From: an uncultured Methanolobus sp.
GTDB lineage: Archaea; Halobacteriota; Methanosarcinia; Methanosarcinales; Methanosarcinaceae
DNA: 64,000 nucleotides
NCBI GenBank assembly: GCA_963675495.1
Contig: OY776215.1
Coordinates: 1,856,001 to 1,920,000 of the forward strand
Reading direction: 5' to 3'
The notes under the pieces were generated by a model, which was not told the DNA's origin, did no database searches, and saw nothing but the letters and a program-made list of their open reading frames with translations. Positions 20,787 to 30,342 of the stretch are shown piece after piece (the first letter of the stretch is position 1; each line of letters starts with the position of its first letter). Made by a program: the position numbers and the translations under genes.

Positions 20787-22082
20787 TTACCAGCAAATCC
20801 CTTCATAATCGATTTCGACACTGAGTTTTTCAGGCTTTATCAGATGCCTGCCGTCTATGACGATCCTGTTTGCCATGAGCTCGAACTCTTTGTCCAGTTT
20901 CCTGAACTCGTCCCACTCTGTCATTATAAGGCATCCATCGGCCTCTTGCAGGGCCTCGGATGAGTTCTTGCAATATGTGATATTGTGGAATATCTTCTTC
21001 ATACTCTCCTCTGCCATGGGGTCGTATGCAGCAACATCAGCTTCAAGTCGCAGCAGTTCAGCTATTACAGGGATGGAGCGTGATTCTCTGATATCATCGG
21101 TGTCGTTCTTGAAGGCCAGACCAAGCACGGCGATTCTCTTGTTCTTGAGATTCTCGAGTTTCTTTTGGAGCAGTTCCACCATCTTCAGGGGCTGCTTGTC
21201 ATTCACACCCACCACGGACTTGAGTAGCTGTGGTTCGTATCCGATGTCCTTTGCTTTACCAATTATAGCCTTGACGTCCTTGGGGAAACATGAACCGCCA
21301 AAACCGGCACCGCAGTTGAGGAATTGGCGTTCTATTCTGAAGTCTGTGCCCACGGCATCCATGACCTCGTAGGTGTCGATACCAAGCTGCTTGCAGATGT
21401 TTCCAATTTCGTTCGCGAAGGATATCTTTGTTGCCAGAAATGAGTTGTTGACGTATTTGATCATCTCGGCTGTCCTGGGATTGGTATGCGTGACCTCGCA
21501 GTCCAGCTTGCGGTAGAGTTCGGACACTACAAAGAATGACCTCTCATCTATGGCACCCACCACGATCTTGTCAGGGTGCATGAAATCATAGACAGCCTTG
21601 CCTTCTCTCAAAAACTCCGGGTTCATGGCAACTCCGAAATCCTTTCCTGCCTTTTTGCCGGAGTACTCTTCAACGGTAGTCAGCACAACCTTCTCAGTTG
21701 TCTCAGGCACCACGGTACTCTTGACAACAATAACATGATAGTGATCCTTCTTCGCAATAGCTTTTCCAAGGCTGGCACTTGCAGCCTTCACAATGGAGAG
21801 GTCGATGCTCCCGTCCTCTCCAGATGGCGTCCCCACACAGATAAATGAAGCATCGGAATTCTGCACCGCATAATCATAATCCGATGTTGCAATGAGTGTT
21901 TTCTGTGTATGCTTTTCCATGAGCTCATCCAGCCCCTCCTCCCAGATAGGTGCAATCCCTGCATTGATCTGTTTTACCTTCTCTTCGTCAATGTCAATAC
22001 AGATAACTTCGTGACCAAGTTCTGCAAAGCATGCGGCTGAGACCGACCCGACATAGCCTGAACCTATAATTGATACTTTCAT
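20787..22082 (-). CDS. ugd: UDP-glucose/GDP-mannose 6-dehydrogenase
   Basis: GSGYVG, FICVGTP, KSTV, NPEFLREG, GFGGSCFPKD and GLAFK..TDDIRES motifs. Confidence 0.94.
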   Translation of the reverse strand: MKVSIIGSGYVGSVSAACFAELGHEVICIDIDEEKVKQINAGIAPIWEEGLDELMEKHTQKTLIATSDYDYAVQNSDASFICVGTPSGEDGSIDLSIVKAASASLGKAIAKKDHYHVIVVKSTVVPETTEKVVLTTVEEYSGKKAGKDFGVAMNPEFLREGKAVYDFMHPDKIVVGAIDERSFFVVSELYRKLDCEVTHTNPRTAEMIKYVNNSFLATKISFANEIGNICKQLGIDTYEVMDAVGTDFRIERQFLNCGAGFGGSCFPKDVKAIIGKAKDIGYEPQLLKSVVGVNDKQPLKMVELLQKKLENLKNKRIAVLGLAFKNDTDDIRESRSIPVIAELLRLEADVAAYDPMAEESMKKIFHNITYCKNSSEALQEADGCLIMTEWDEFRKLDKEFELMANRIVIDGRHLIKPEKLSVEIDYEGICW

Positions 22083-22177
22083 GATGAGATTCTCCTTGTG
22101 CTAGAAGATTGTTGGGGAGTGTATATTAGGTTAATGACTCTTTTTATTTATGAAACATTTAGCCCAGTTTAACCATA

Positions 22178-25102
22178 TTAACTGCTTGGTGCTGTAATAT
22201 ACTCATAAATTGAGTCTTCAACAGGATGATTCATCCGATATTTTACTTTCACAACTGACACATTTTTATTATCTTCATCAACCAAAGTAGCTTCTTCGAA
22301 GCTTTCATCAATAGGAGTTATATCTCCCATATAGTAGAAATCGTTACTTTCCCCATTACTTTTTTTGATGAATAAAAGTAATCGAAGTCCGTTTCTGTAA
22401 TTTCTGATGGTAGTAACATCTTTGCTATCTAATTTTCTTCTAGATTTAGACATCCATTCAAATTCAGAATTATTGACAAAACCTTCTTCATATTTCGTAG
22501 TACTCGAAATATGCTCTTCTTTGTGATAGTTTACAAATATTGGACAATTTGTTTTTTGAGGACTGATGAGATAGCCTCCAACATTTTGTGCTAAAGGATT
22601 TTGCTTCCAATTTAGAATTCTAAAAACATCTTTTCGAGAATATTTTTGATACAATAGGAAACCATCAACATACTTATCTTTGTCAAAGTTTCGATCATAA
22701 ATTGTTTCGGAATAGTCTAGCATATCATTTAGAAAACGCAAGAAAGTTTCATTTTTGAGTGTATCAACAAATTGATCACTAAATGAGAGAGTTCCGTTTT
22801 GATAAGAAACGATGCTTAAATCGTATATTTCACTAACACTAATTAGATTCCCATTATGCCTTTCAGTTACAAAGTCAAAATTGATGTTTTTGACACATGA
22901 TTCTATTGTTTCATCAGGAATCGAAATATCATATTTATCAAAAATAATTGCTTTAAAATCTTCCTTTAGCAGACTATTTTTAGCAATCAAGTTCTTAAGT
23001 ATAATAACTTCCTCAACTCTCTTAGTGTTTGCAATTTCATTGGAGAACAATTCAAGGAGCTTGATTTCTTTATCAGATAGTTTGTTTTGGAAATTTTCCT
23101 CTTGATTTGATACAAAATTAAAATAGGATTTTGAATAGTTTACATACAATTGTGGATCTCGAGAACCATGTTCCACAAAGTCCATCATCATAGGAATTTT
23201 ACCAATCTTGAACTTGAGGAGTTCGTAATCTTTGACAAGGTCTTTTTTGAGCTGTAAATTCGCTTTGTCGATTGATGCAAAAATCCTATCATGTGTAATT
23301 TTATCAAAATTAATAGTTGAAGCACCAGGAATTAAACTACTTCCACTTAACATTAATTTACGCAATGTATCCTTGTTGTAACTAGTATCTCCATACAATG
23401 CAATTGGAACTAAGTAGTTATTATTGTAATTACCTATGAAATCAATTACAGTTAGGTATTCTTTATCGTTAGCTTTACGCAAACCTCTTCCTAACTGTTG
23501 GACAAAAATAATGGCTGATGCTGTTGGTCTCAACATAATTATTTGATTCACTTTTGGAATATCTACTCCTTCATTGAAGATATCAACAGTAAATATATAA
23601 TCTAATTTTTCCGATGGATCGAAACTTTCCAATCTGTTAATTGCATCAATTCTCTCTTCTTCGGTATTTTTTCCAGATAATGAAACAGTTCTGTAACCTA
23701 TTGAATTAAATTCATCAGAAAGACCCTGACTTTCAGCTACACAACTGCAAAATATTAATCCTCTAATACAACCATTGTCACATCCATAAAATTCCGCTTT
23801 TTCAATTATTCTATTTACACGTTCTTTTGCAGTTAATAAAGAAAAAGTTGCACTTTCATCTAAAGGTTTGCCATCTACTATAATATCAGTAACTCCAAAA
23901 TAATGAAAATTTGATAACATCTTTTCTTCTAAAGCTCTATGCAAGCGAATTTCGTACGCAATAGTGTGTTCAAATTGAGAAAAGATATCAAAACCATCTG
24001 TTCTTTCAGGAGTAGCAGTCATGCCCAACAAAAATTTTGGTCTAAAATGATTGAGGATTTTTTGATAAGTTTCTGCACCTGCTCGATGAGTTTCATCTAT
24101 AACTATGTAGTCAAAATGATTTTCATCAAATTGATTTAGGTGATCATCTCTGGAAATAGTTTGAATGGTAGAAAATATGAAATCGGCATCAATTTCTCTT
24201 TTATTACCTGAGTAAATGCCCATTCTTCGGCTGTCGCCAAAGATATGTTTGAAGCTTTTCATAGCTGCTTCAGCAATATTTCTTCGATGTACTACAAATA
24301 AAAACTTATTAGGATTGTATGCTTTCACATCAAATGCAGAGAGATATGTTTTTCCTGTTCCAGTTGCAGAAATTAACAGAGCCTTATCTTTATTCTTTGA
24401 TCTTAAATCTCTCAGATTTGACAATGCTTCTTTTTGCATTTCATTAGGATTTATTGAATCAGTGTGATGAGCACCGATGCTTTTTATTGAACTTGAAATG
24501 AATTTCTTTTTTAAATTATAATCCGATGCATATGAATCAATGAATTCATCATTCACCAATACAGCATTTTCAAACTCATTTCTAAATTCATTAATTGAGT
24601 CAATTATTAATTTTGATTCAGGAGTAGCTGAAATTTTTAAGTTCCATTCTTTATTTGAACATAATGCATTCGCTGTAAGATTACTACTGCCAATAATCAA
24701 GTTATAGCTATTGTTTTTTTTGAATAGATACCCTTTTGCATGAAAATCACAATTTACAGCGATTTTTAAATCGATATTTTTAAACTTTAATAGAGACTTC
24801 AATGCTTCTGGCTGAGTGAAATATTGATATTGGGAAACCAACACTTTTCCATTAATTCCAGCATTTTGAAGTTCTTCAAATGAATTAATCAGACTAGTTA
24901 CACCACTTTTCGTTGCAAAAGCTATTGAAAACCAAAATTCATCACAATTTTTTAGCTCTCGAGATATAGTATGTAGTACTTTTTTCCCATTGGTACTATC
25001 ATTTACTAGCAACTCTGGAAGATACTCTTTTTTTGAAGCTAATGACTGGTCAATGAAACCAGTTTTCAAGCTATCTAATAAATGTACAGGAAAGTGATCC
25101 AT
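22178..25102 (-). CDS. SauUSI-like type IV restriction endonuclease (PLD nuclease - SF2 helicase - DUF3427)
   Basis: PLD FHAKGY...IGSSNLT; ATGTGKT, DETH, MTATPER, DIFNEGVDIP, QQLGRGLR; C-terminal KYSRKDVFRILNW...WMSKS...FYYMG; markedly AT-rich. Confidence 0.85.
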   Translation of the reverse strand: MDHFPVHLLDSLKTGFIDQSLASKKEYLPELLVNDSTNGKKVLHTISRELKNCDEFWFSIAFATKSGVTSLINSFEELQNAGINGKVLVSQYQYFTQPEALKSLLKFKNIDLKIAVNCDFHAKGYLFKKNNSYNLIIGSSNLTANALCSNKEWNLKISATPESKLIIDSINEFRNEFENAVLVNDEFIDSYASDYNLKKKFISSSIKSIGAHHTDSINPNEMQKEALSNLRDLRSKNKDKALLISATGTGKTYLSAFDVKAYNPNKFLFVVHRRNIAEAAMKSFKHIFGDSRRMGIYSGNKREIDADFIFSTIQTISRDDHLNQFDENHFDYIVIDETHRAGAETYQKILNHFRPKFLLGMTATPERTDGFDIFSQFEHTIAYEIRLHRALEEKMLSNFHYFGVTDIIVDGKPLDESATFSLLTAKERVNRIIEKAEFYGCDNGCIRGLIFCSCVAESQGLSDEFNSIGYRTVSLSGKNTEEERIDAINRLESFDPSEKLDYIFTVDIFNEGVDIPKVNQIIMLRPTASAIIFVQQLGRGLRKANDKEYLTVIDFIGNYNNNYLVPIALYGDTSYNKDTLRKLMLSGSSLIPGASTINFDKITHDRIFASIDKANLQLKKDLVKDYELLKFKIGKIPMMMDFVEHGSRDPQLYVNYSKSYFNFVSNQEENFQNKLSDKEIKLLELFSNEIANTKRVEEVIILKNLIAKNSLLKEDFKAIIFDKYDISIPDETIESCVKNINFDFVTERHNGNLISVSEIYDLSIVSYQNGTLSFSDQFVDTLKNETFLRFLNDMLDYSETIYDRNFDKDKYVDGFLLYQKYSRKDVFRILNWKQNPLAQNVGGYLISPQKTNCPIFVNYHKEEHISSTTKYEEGFVNNSEFEWMSKSRRKLDSKDVTTIRNYRNGLRLLLFIKKSNGESNDFYYMGDITPIDESFEEATLVDEDNKNVSVVKVKYRMNHPVEDSIYEYITAPSS

Positions 25103-25103
25103 T

Positions 25104-25499
25104 TTAATATTCCTTCATTAATTTTGAAACAATTGGAAGATCTGCTTCAGCCCAATCCAAAGTCGATAATTTTTCTGGATTTAACCACTTGAAAGCAATG
25201 TGTTCTTTAAGATTTAAATCTAAATTTAATGCATTGCAAATGAAACTGTGCATAGTGATGCTAAAATCGGGATACTGATGATTTACAGTTAAGAACTCTC
25301 TCTCTATTTCTACATTTATATCAAGTTCTTCCAATAATTCGCGTTCTAATGCTTGCTCTTTAGTTTCATCTGATTCTATTTTCCCACCCGGAAATTCATA
25401 TTTTAAAGAAATATAATCGTACTCTCCATGATTTCTTTGAACACATAGGACTTTTTCATCATCCATGATTATTGCTGCAACTACTTCATAGTGTTTCAT
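25104..25499 (-). CDS. MutT-type Nudix hydrolase
   Basis: Nudix box EFPGGKIESDETKEQALERELLEEL; C-terminal WAEADLP; stop 1 nt before the helicase start. Confidence 0.93.
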   Translation of the reverse strand: MKHYEVVAAIIMDDEKVLCVQRNHGEYDYISLKYEFPGGKIESDETKEQALERELLEELDINVEIEREFLTVNHQYPDFSITMHSFICNALNLDLNLKEHIAFKWLNPEKLSTLDWAEADLPIVSKLMKEY

Positions 25500-25683
25500 T
25501 TTTTTAGCAACCCTGAAAATATAATATCTAAAATAACTGATAAATCTTTTTATATTTTTATGTAAACATTAAATAAAAAAATATACATGAGCTATTTAAT
25601 CTCACAAAACCAGTTTTTACATAACAATAACACACAGGGTAAAACCAAATACTCTACTTTAAAGCAGTGCTATTGAAAAATGA

Positions 25684-25869
25684 TTAAAAGCAACACAATG
25701 GACTGCTTGCCTGTTCCCCAGTGACCTCAAGCACCAGTTCAATAGCCTCCTTGATATTTTCAAGGGCTTCTTCTCTGGTATCACCCTCACTGATCGCTGC
25801 CGGAAGTTCAAGGCAACGCACAGTGTATCCGCCCTCTTCTGCTATTTCAAGAACGATTGTGTACTCCAT
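25684..25869 (-). CDS. hicB: HicB-like antitoxin (UPF0150), orphan and possibly truncated
   Basis: EEGGYTVRCLELPAAISEGDTREEALENIKEAIEL. Confidence 0.8.
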   Translation of the reverse strand: MEYTIVLEIAEEGGYTVRCLELPAAISEGDTREEALENIKEAIELVLEVTGEQASSPLCCF

Positions 25870-26104
25870 AAATATCCATCAGTGGTTCTGGTATATTAAA
25901 TTGATTTGCGATGTGAGTCAGTAATTAACTGATTCTTTGATTGCTTCCGAGTACTTACGTCTCTTTTTTTATCGTTAACTCTCTCACAGGTGTCCACATT
26001 CTGGTAGCACTGTTGTGGTCACCTTCTGAAAAAGCACCAATCACTCAACCTTTATTACTTATAAACACATACAAAAATTTAGAACATTATCCTCTCAGAT
26101 ATCC

Positions 26105-26551
26105 ATGAACACAAGCACACAACACCTCGAAAAAGAACAATTGCTTCCTCTGCTCAAAGACTTCTTTCAGAAAGAGGAATACGTTGAGCTTGCCTACCTT
26201 TTTGGTTCCGTAGCAGAGGGGAAAGCCGGTGTTCTGAGTGACATCGATATAGGTGTCTATTTGTCAGAATCGCTGACAAAAGCACAGAGGAACCATAAAC
26301 GCATTGAACTTATCGGCAGTCTAGTAACTTTACTCAAAAGAGACAGCATTGACCTTCTGATAATCAACGATACACCACCAGTGCTTAGTTTTGAAATAAT
26401 ACGACCAAACGTCCTTATCCATGCGAGGGACCGCAGCCTGAAGGTGGATGTGGAGCAACGCATCATGTCAATGTATCTGGACTGGAAATACTATGAGGAC
26501 CGCCTGAATCAAAACCTTCTCAAAAGGATTATGGAAAGGGGGCTGGCTTGA
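26105..26551 (+). CDS. mntA: MntA-type minimal nucleotidyltransferase antitoxin (type VII TA)
   Basis: AYLFGSVAEG...SDIDIGV, IDLLIIN. Confidence 0.9.
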   Translation: MNTSTQHLEKEQLLPLLKDFFQKEEYVELAYLFGSVAEGKAGVLSDIDIGVYLSESLTKAQRNHKRIELIGSLVTLLKRDSIDLLIINDTPPVLSFEIIRPNVLIHARDRSLKVDVEQRIMSMYLDWKYYEDRLNQNLLKRIMERGLA

Positions 26552-26974
26552 ATGCGTGATGATGATAAGATACTTCGGAAATTGAATTTCATGCAGAGAT
26601 GTGTCAGTTATCTGAAGTCCGTAGATGCCGGAAGCACCGAGCTGGAGAGTAATTACCAACTGCGCAGCGCAGTTGAGCGTAATTTTCAGCTTGCAATTGA
26701 AAGTGCAATAGACATCGGTGAAATAATAATATCCAGAGAAGGATTTGAAAGACCTGAGATGTACAGAAGTGTGTTCCTCATACTTGGTAAAAATGGGATA
26801 GTACCCGGTGCATTTGCAAAAGAATTTGCTCAGGCAGCCGGTTTTAGAAATATCCTTGTTCACATGTATGAAGAAGTGGACCTCGATATTCTGTATACGT
26901 TCCTGACCGAAAAGCTGGATGATTTTGATGATTTTGCCCGATATGTCGCAGAATATCTAAGCACACGTTACTAA
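26552..26974 (+). CDS. hepT: HepT/DUF86 HEPN RNase toxin (type VII TA)
   Basis: AVERNFQLAIE; HEPN motif GFRNILVHMY (RX4HXY); abuts mntA. Confidence 0.9.
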   Translation: MRDDDKILRKLNFMQRCVSYLKSVDAGSTELESNYQLRSAVERNFQLAIESAIDIGEIIISREGFERPEMYRSVFLILGKNGIVPGAFAKEFAQAAGFRNILVHMYEEVDLDILYTFLTEKLDDFDDFARYVAEYLSTRY

Positions 26975-27040
26975 CTCTTCCTGTACTTTCTCACGAATTA
27001 CTGAATAAGATCCAAATTGAAGAGCCTGCTTACAAGCTCT

Positions 27041-28912
27041 TCAGACTTCCTTCACCCACAGTACTTCGCCCTCTTGCATAGCATACAAGATCTCCTGGGC
27101 GACCTCGGAATTCGTTCTCATCTTGATATCACCATGTCTGCCCACAGTAGCGGAGAACATGAAGCCTTCACCTGCATAGACTTCCACATCACGACCTGAT
27201 GCTTCGGGGACATTGAGTATCACATGCTTTTTTGTACGTTCGATGATTGGGTGGTGTTCTTTACTTGAACGTGGTTTACGCTCCTCGTTCTCCTGGGACC
27301 TACGCTCCTCTCCAGGCTCGAACTTACGTACATCGATATGAATGCCAAGCACTCTCTCAATATCATCGATGGTTTTGCCGCTCTTACCAATCACTCTGGG
27401 CATGTCCTTGTCCCTCACACGCACCATAGCGCGGTTATCTGAGACCATTTCCACCTCTATCGGGCCATTTGCATAGTTGCTGATGACTTCCTTCACCTCT
27501 TCTTCTGCAAACTTCCAGGATGGGTTTCTCTTCTGCTCACCGCCAAGGGGCATAACAACTACCTGCTCTCCGTAGGTGTATATCTCAAACTCGTTCTTGC
27601 CGGTCTCAAGATCAGATATGAGGATTACAGGTCTTGCAAGGTCGGCTTCCATCATGCCTGCCGGAACCTTCACAGTGAACTCCAGCACCTGCACCTTTGC
27701 GATCTCTCCCTTATCGATGAAGATCACTGTATCCACAACCTGTGGGATCACACCAAGCTCCACCCTGCCGATAAGCCTCTGGATAGCATCAACCGCGCGG
27801 TTGGCATGCACAACCCCGATCATACCTACACCGGCAAGTCGCATATCTGCAAAGGTCTCAAAGTCCCGTGTCTTACGTACCTCGTCATATATGGTATAAT
27901 CCGGGCGCACAAGCAACAGCACATCTGCCGTATTCTCAAGGCTGCCATCAAGTGGTGCGTACTGTGTGATCTCTGGTGGTACCTGAAGGTCACGAGGCGA
28001 TTCCATTGTCTTGACCACAAATCCCCTGTCATTAAGATATATCGCGACACTTGCTGCGAAAGTTGATTTTCCAGCACCAGGTGGTCCTGCTATCAGAATA
28101 CCCCTTTGAGTGTTTATCCTCTCTTTCAGCATATCGCTCAAACGGTATTCTTCCAGTGACACCGATGCCACAGGACGCACAATGGTTATCTCTACATCAT
28201 CGGAAAATGGAGGATTGGATATGGCAATCCTCATATTCCTTATCTGAAGCACCGTTGCACCGCTAAAGGACATTTCCATAAAAGATTCCTGATCAGAGCG
28301 TGTCCTGTCCAACAGCTCTCTTGATATTATTTTCAATTCCTGGTATGTGCAAGGCTCGTTCCTTATTTTCACATATTTCACATTCCCTATTGATCCTCTC
28401 TTTGCCATAGGGGAAACCTTGTGCTTCAGGTGGACTGACATCGTGTCAGGTGTGAAGAAGTCATCAACAAGTAATGGCCCGAACTCTTCAAATGGAGGTT
28501 TTACAAAATCAACTTCAAGTCCCTTTGCCTTTGCAACAAGGGATTGCACCCTGTCACCGGTGACAAAATTTGCATCCAGCTCCTCTGCTGTTTCTCTTAT
28601 TAATGCGTCTATCTCGCCACCCTTGGCAAGCTTGACCTGCTCAAGGTTTGGTCTTGGTCCGGTGAAAAATATTCTGATATCGCCTTTCTCTGCGTATCTC
28701 TGGAGGTCCTGTATCTCCTCAAGACCTTTGTATCCTATCTCAAGTCCTCTATTGGCCTGGGCTTCCAGTTCAGCCACCACAGCTTCAGGGACATGGATAT
28801 CAACATCCCTTAGTCCACCATCACGTATCCTTCCTGAAAGGATACCATCGATGACCGCACTTGTATCAGGGACTATTTTTTGCCTGTTTTCTGCACTTTC
28901 TTCCATAGTCAT
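27041..28912 (-). CDS. PINA: PIN domain - ATPase - KH Holliday junction branch-migration protein
   Basis: VPDTSAVIDG PIN domain, GPPGAGKST, TMESPRDL, YDEVR, KH motif VIGKSGKTI. Confidence 0.92.
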   Translation of the reverse strand: MTMEESAENRQKIVPDTSAVIDGILSGRIRDGGLRDVDIHVPEAVVAELEAQANRGLEIGYKGLEEIQDLQRYAEKGDIRIFFTGPRPNLEQVKLAKGGEIDALIRETAEELDANFVTGDRVQSLVAKAKGLEVDFVKPPFEEFGPLLVDDFFTPDTMSVHLKHKVSPMAKRGSIGNVKYVKIRNEPCTYQELKIISRELLDRTRSDQESFMEMSFSGATVLQIRNMRIAISNPPFSDDVEITIVRPVASVSLEEYRLSDMLKERINTQRGILIAGPPGAGKSTFAASVAIYLNDRGFVVKTMESPRDLQVPPEITQYAPLDGSLENTADVLLLVRPDYTIYDEVRKTRDFETFADMRLAGVGMIGVVHANRAVDAIQRLIGRVELGVIPQVVDTVIFIDKGEIAKVQVLEFTVKVPAGMMEADLARPVILISDLETGKNEFEIYTYGEQVVVMPLGGEQKRNPSWKFAEEEVKEVISNYANGPIEVEMVSDNRAMVRVRDKDMPRVIGKSGKTIDDIERVLGIHIDVRKFEPGEERRSQENEERKPRSSKEHHPIIERTKKHVILNVPEASGRDVEVYAGEGFMFSATVGRHGDIKMRTNSEVAQEILYAMQEGEVLWVKEV

Positions 28913-29027
28913 GAATAGGGATGCTGACTATTTAATTAAGTCGCCACACCTTTAAATCAGGTGTAAAAAAGAATAGAAGGGTAAATGGGAGGATTCTTGA
29001 TGTTTAGTAATATTATGAGACGGACGG

Positions 29028-29390
29028 TCAATACACATCTTCGGGGTTGAATACCTTTTCTCCGACCTCTTCACCATCTATTGTCCTGTAAAAGCATGAA
29101 CGGAAACCTTTATGGCATGCTCCTCCTTCCTGTTGTACCAATAACAGGACCGCATCCATATCGCAGTCTATCCTTATTTCCACAACTTTCTGCATGTGTC
29201 CGGAGCTCTCTCCCTTTTTCCACAGGCGTTGTCTACTGCGGCTCCAGTAGTGGACTATACCGGTCTCAATAGTCTTTTCAATTGCTTCTTTGTTCATAAA
29301 GGCGCACATGAGTACTTCTTTTGTTTCACTGTCCTGAGCAATGGCCTGTATGAGACCGTTATCATACTTCATATCATCAGGTTTTATCAT
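29028..29390 (-). CDS. hisI: Phosphoribosyl-AMP cyclohydrolase
   Basis: [24 protein letters not shown] and [10 protein letters not shown] motifs. Confidence 0.96.
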   Translation of the reverse strand: MIKPDDMKYDNGLIQAIAQDSETKEVLMCAFMNKEAIEKTIETGIVHYWSRSRQRLWKKGESSGHMQKVVEIRIDCDMDAVLLLVQQEGGACHKGFRSCFYRTIDGEEVGEKVFNPEDVY

Positions 29391-29483
29391 GGCATCACTA
29401 ATTACTATATACTATAAAATACTATTATACTTCATTATTAATATAATTGATAAAGAAATAATTGCGTTATATGGGGTCTAATT

Positions 29484-30248
29484 ATGGATTATAGTTTTGA
29501 TGGTACAGGTGGATATAGAATCTCAACAGGGATAGCCGGATTGGATGTGCAGCTTGGGGGAGGAGTACCTCCCGGAACAACTATTCTGATTCTTGCGGAG
29601 CCAGGTGCCAATTCCGATATTTTTGCCCAGCAATTTGTTTATGGCGGTCTTCTGAATGACGAGGAAGTATTCTACTTCACGTCCGAACATCCCGGACAGG
29701 ATATAGTTCATGAGATGGAGAACATGAAATGGGATGTCGAAAAGTATCTTGAGGATGGACGTCTTGATTTCGTTGATGCTTATGGGCCACGTTTTTACAA
29801 TGTGCTTCCAAAAGAGCTAAAAAGTAATCTTTCTGCAAAGGATTTCCTTAAGAAAGGTACGGATTCGATGAATCTCCTGAAAGCTACGGTAGCGCAAAAA
29901 AGAGATACAAAGTACCGTGGTGTTGTAGACTCTATTTCATATTTCCTGCGTGGCTACAGTCTTAATACAGTAGTCGATACCATTGAACTGATATCTTCCG
30001 TTGGCAGGGCAACAGGCGCCATTCACTTAGTATTGATGACAAGTGGTATGCATGATTCAATTACGGAGAACACCCTTCGCCACATATGTGACGGTGTCAT
30101 TGAGTTCAGACTCAAGGAACGTGGAAGCGAGATAGAGCGTACTATAATGATAAGGAAGATGCGTGGAATGCTTGTTCCTAACCGGACAATTTCCTATATG
30201 GTAACACAGAAGGGAATCGAACTGGAAACCACTACACGTGTTCTTTAA
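29484..30248 (+). CDS. KaiC/RAD55-like protein with degenerate Walker A
   Basis: ISTGIAGLDVQLGGG, AEPGANSD (no Lys), VVDSIS, ICDGVIEF, RKMRG. Confidence 0.85.
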   Translation: MDYSFDGTGGYRISTGIAGLDVQLGGGVPPGTTILILAEPGANSDIFAQQFVYGGLLNDEEVFYFTSEHPGQDIVHEMENMKWDVEKYLEDGRLDFVDAYGPRFYNVLPKELKSNLSAKDFLKKGTDSMNLLKATVAQKRDTKYRGVVDSISYFLRGYSLNTVVDTIELISSVGRATGAIHLVLMTSGMHDSITENTLRHICDGVIEFRLKERGSEIERTIMIRKMRGMLVPNRTISYMVTQKGIELETTTRVL

Positions 30249-30342
30249 TACTTTTCACCTTTCCAGTTAAGGAATCATTATTTCTAGTTCCTTATACTTT
30301 TTATTCATAGAAAGCTATTTTACTTAATCGATAAAATGGGTA

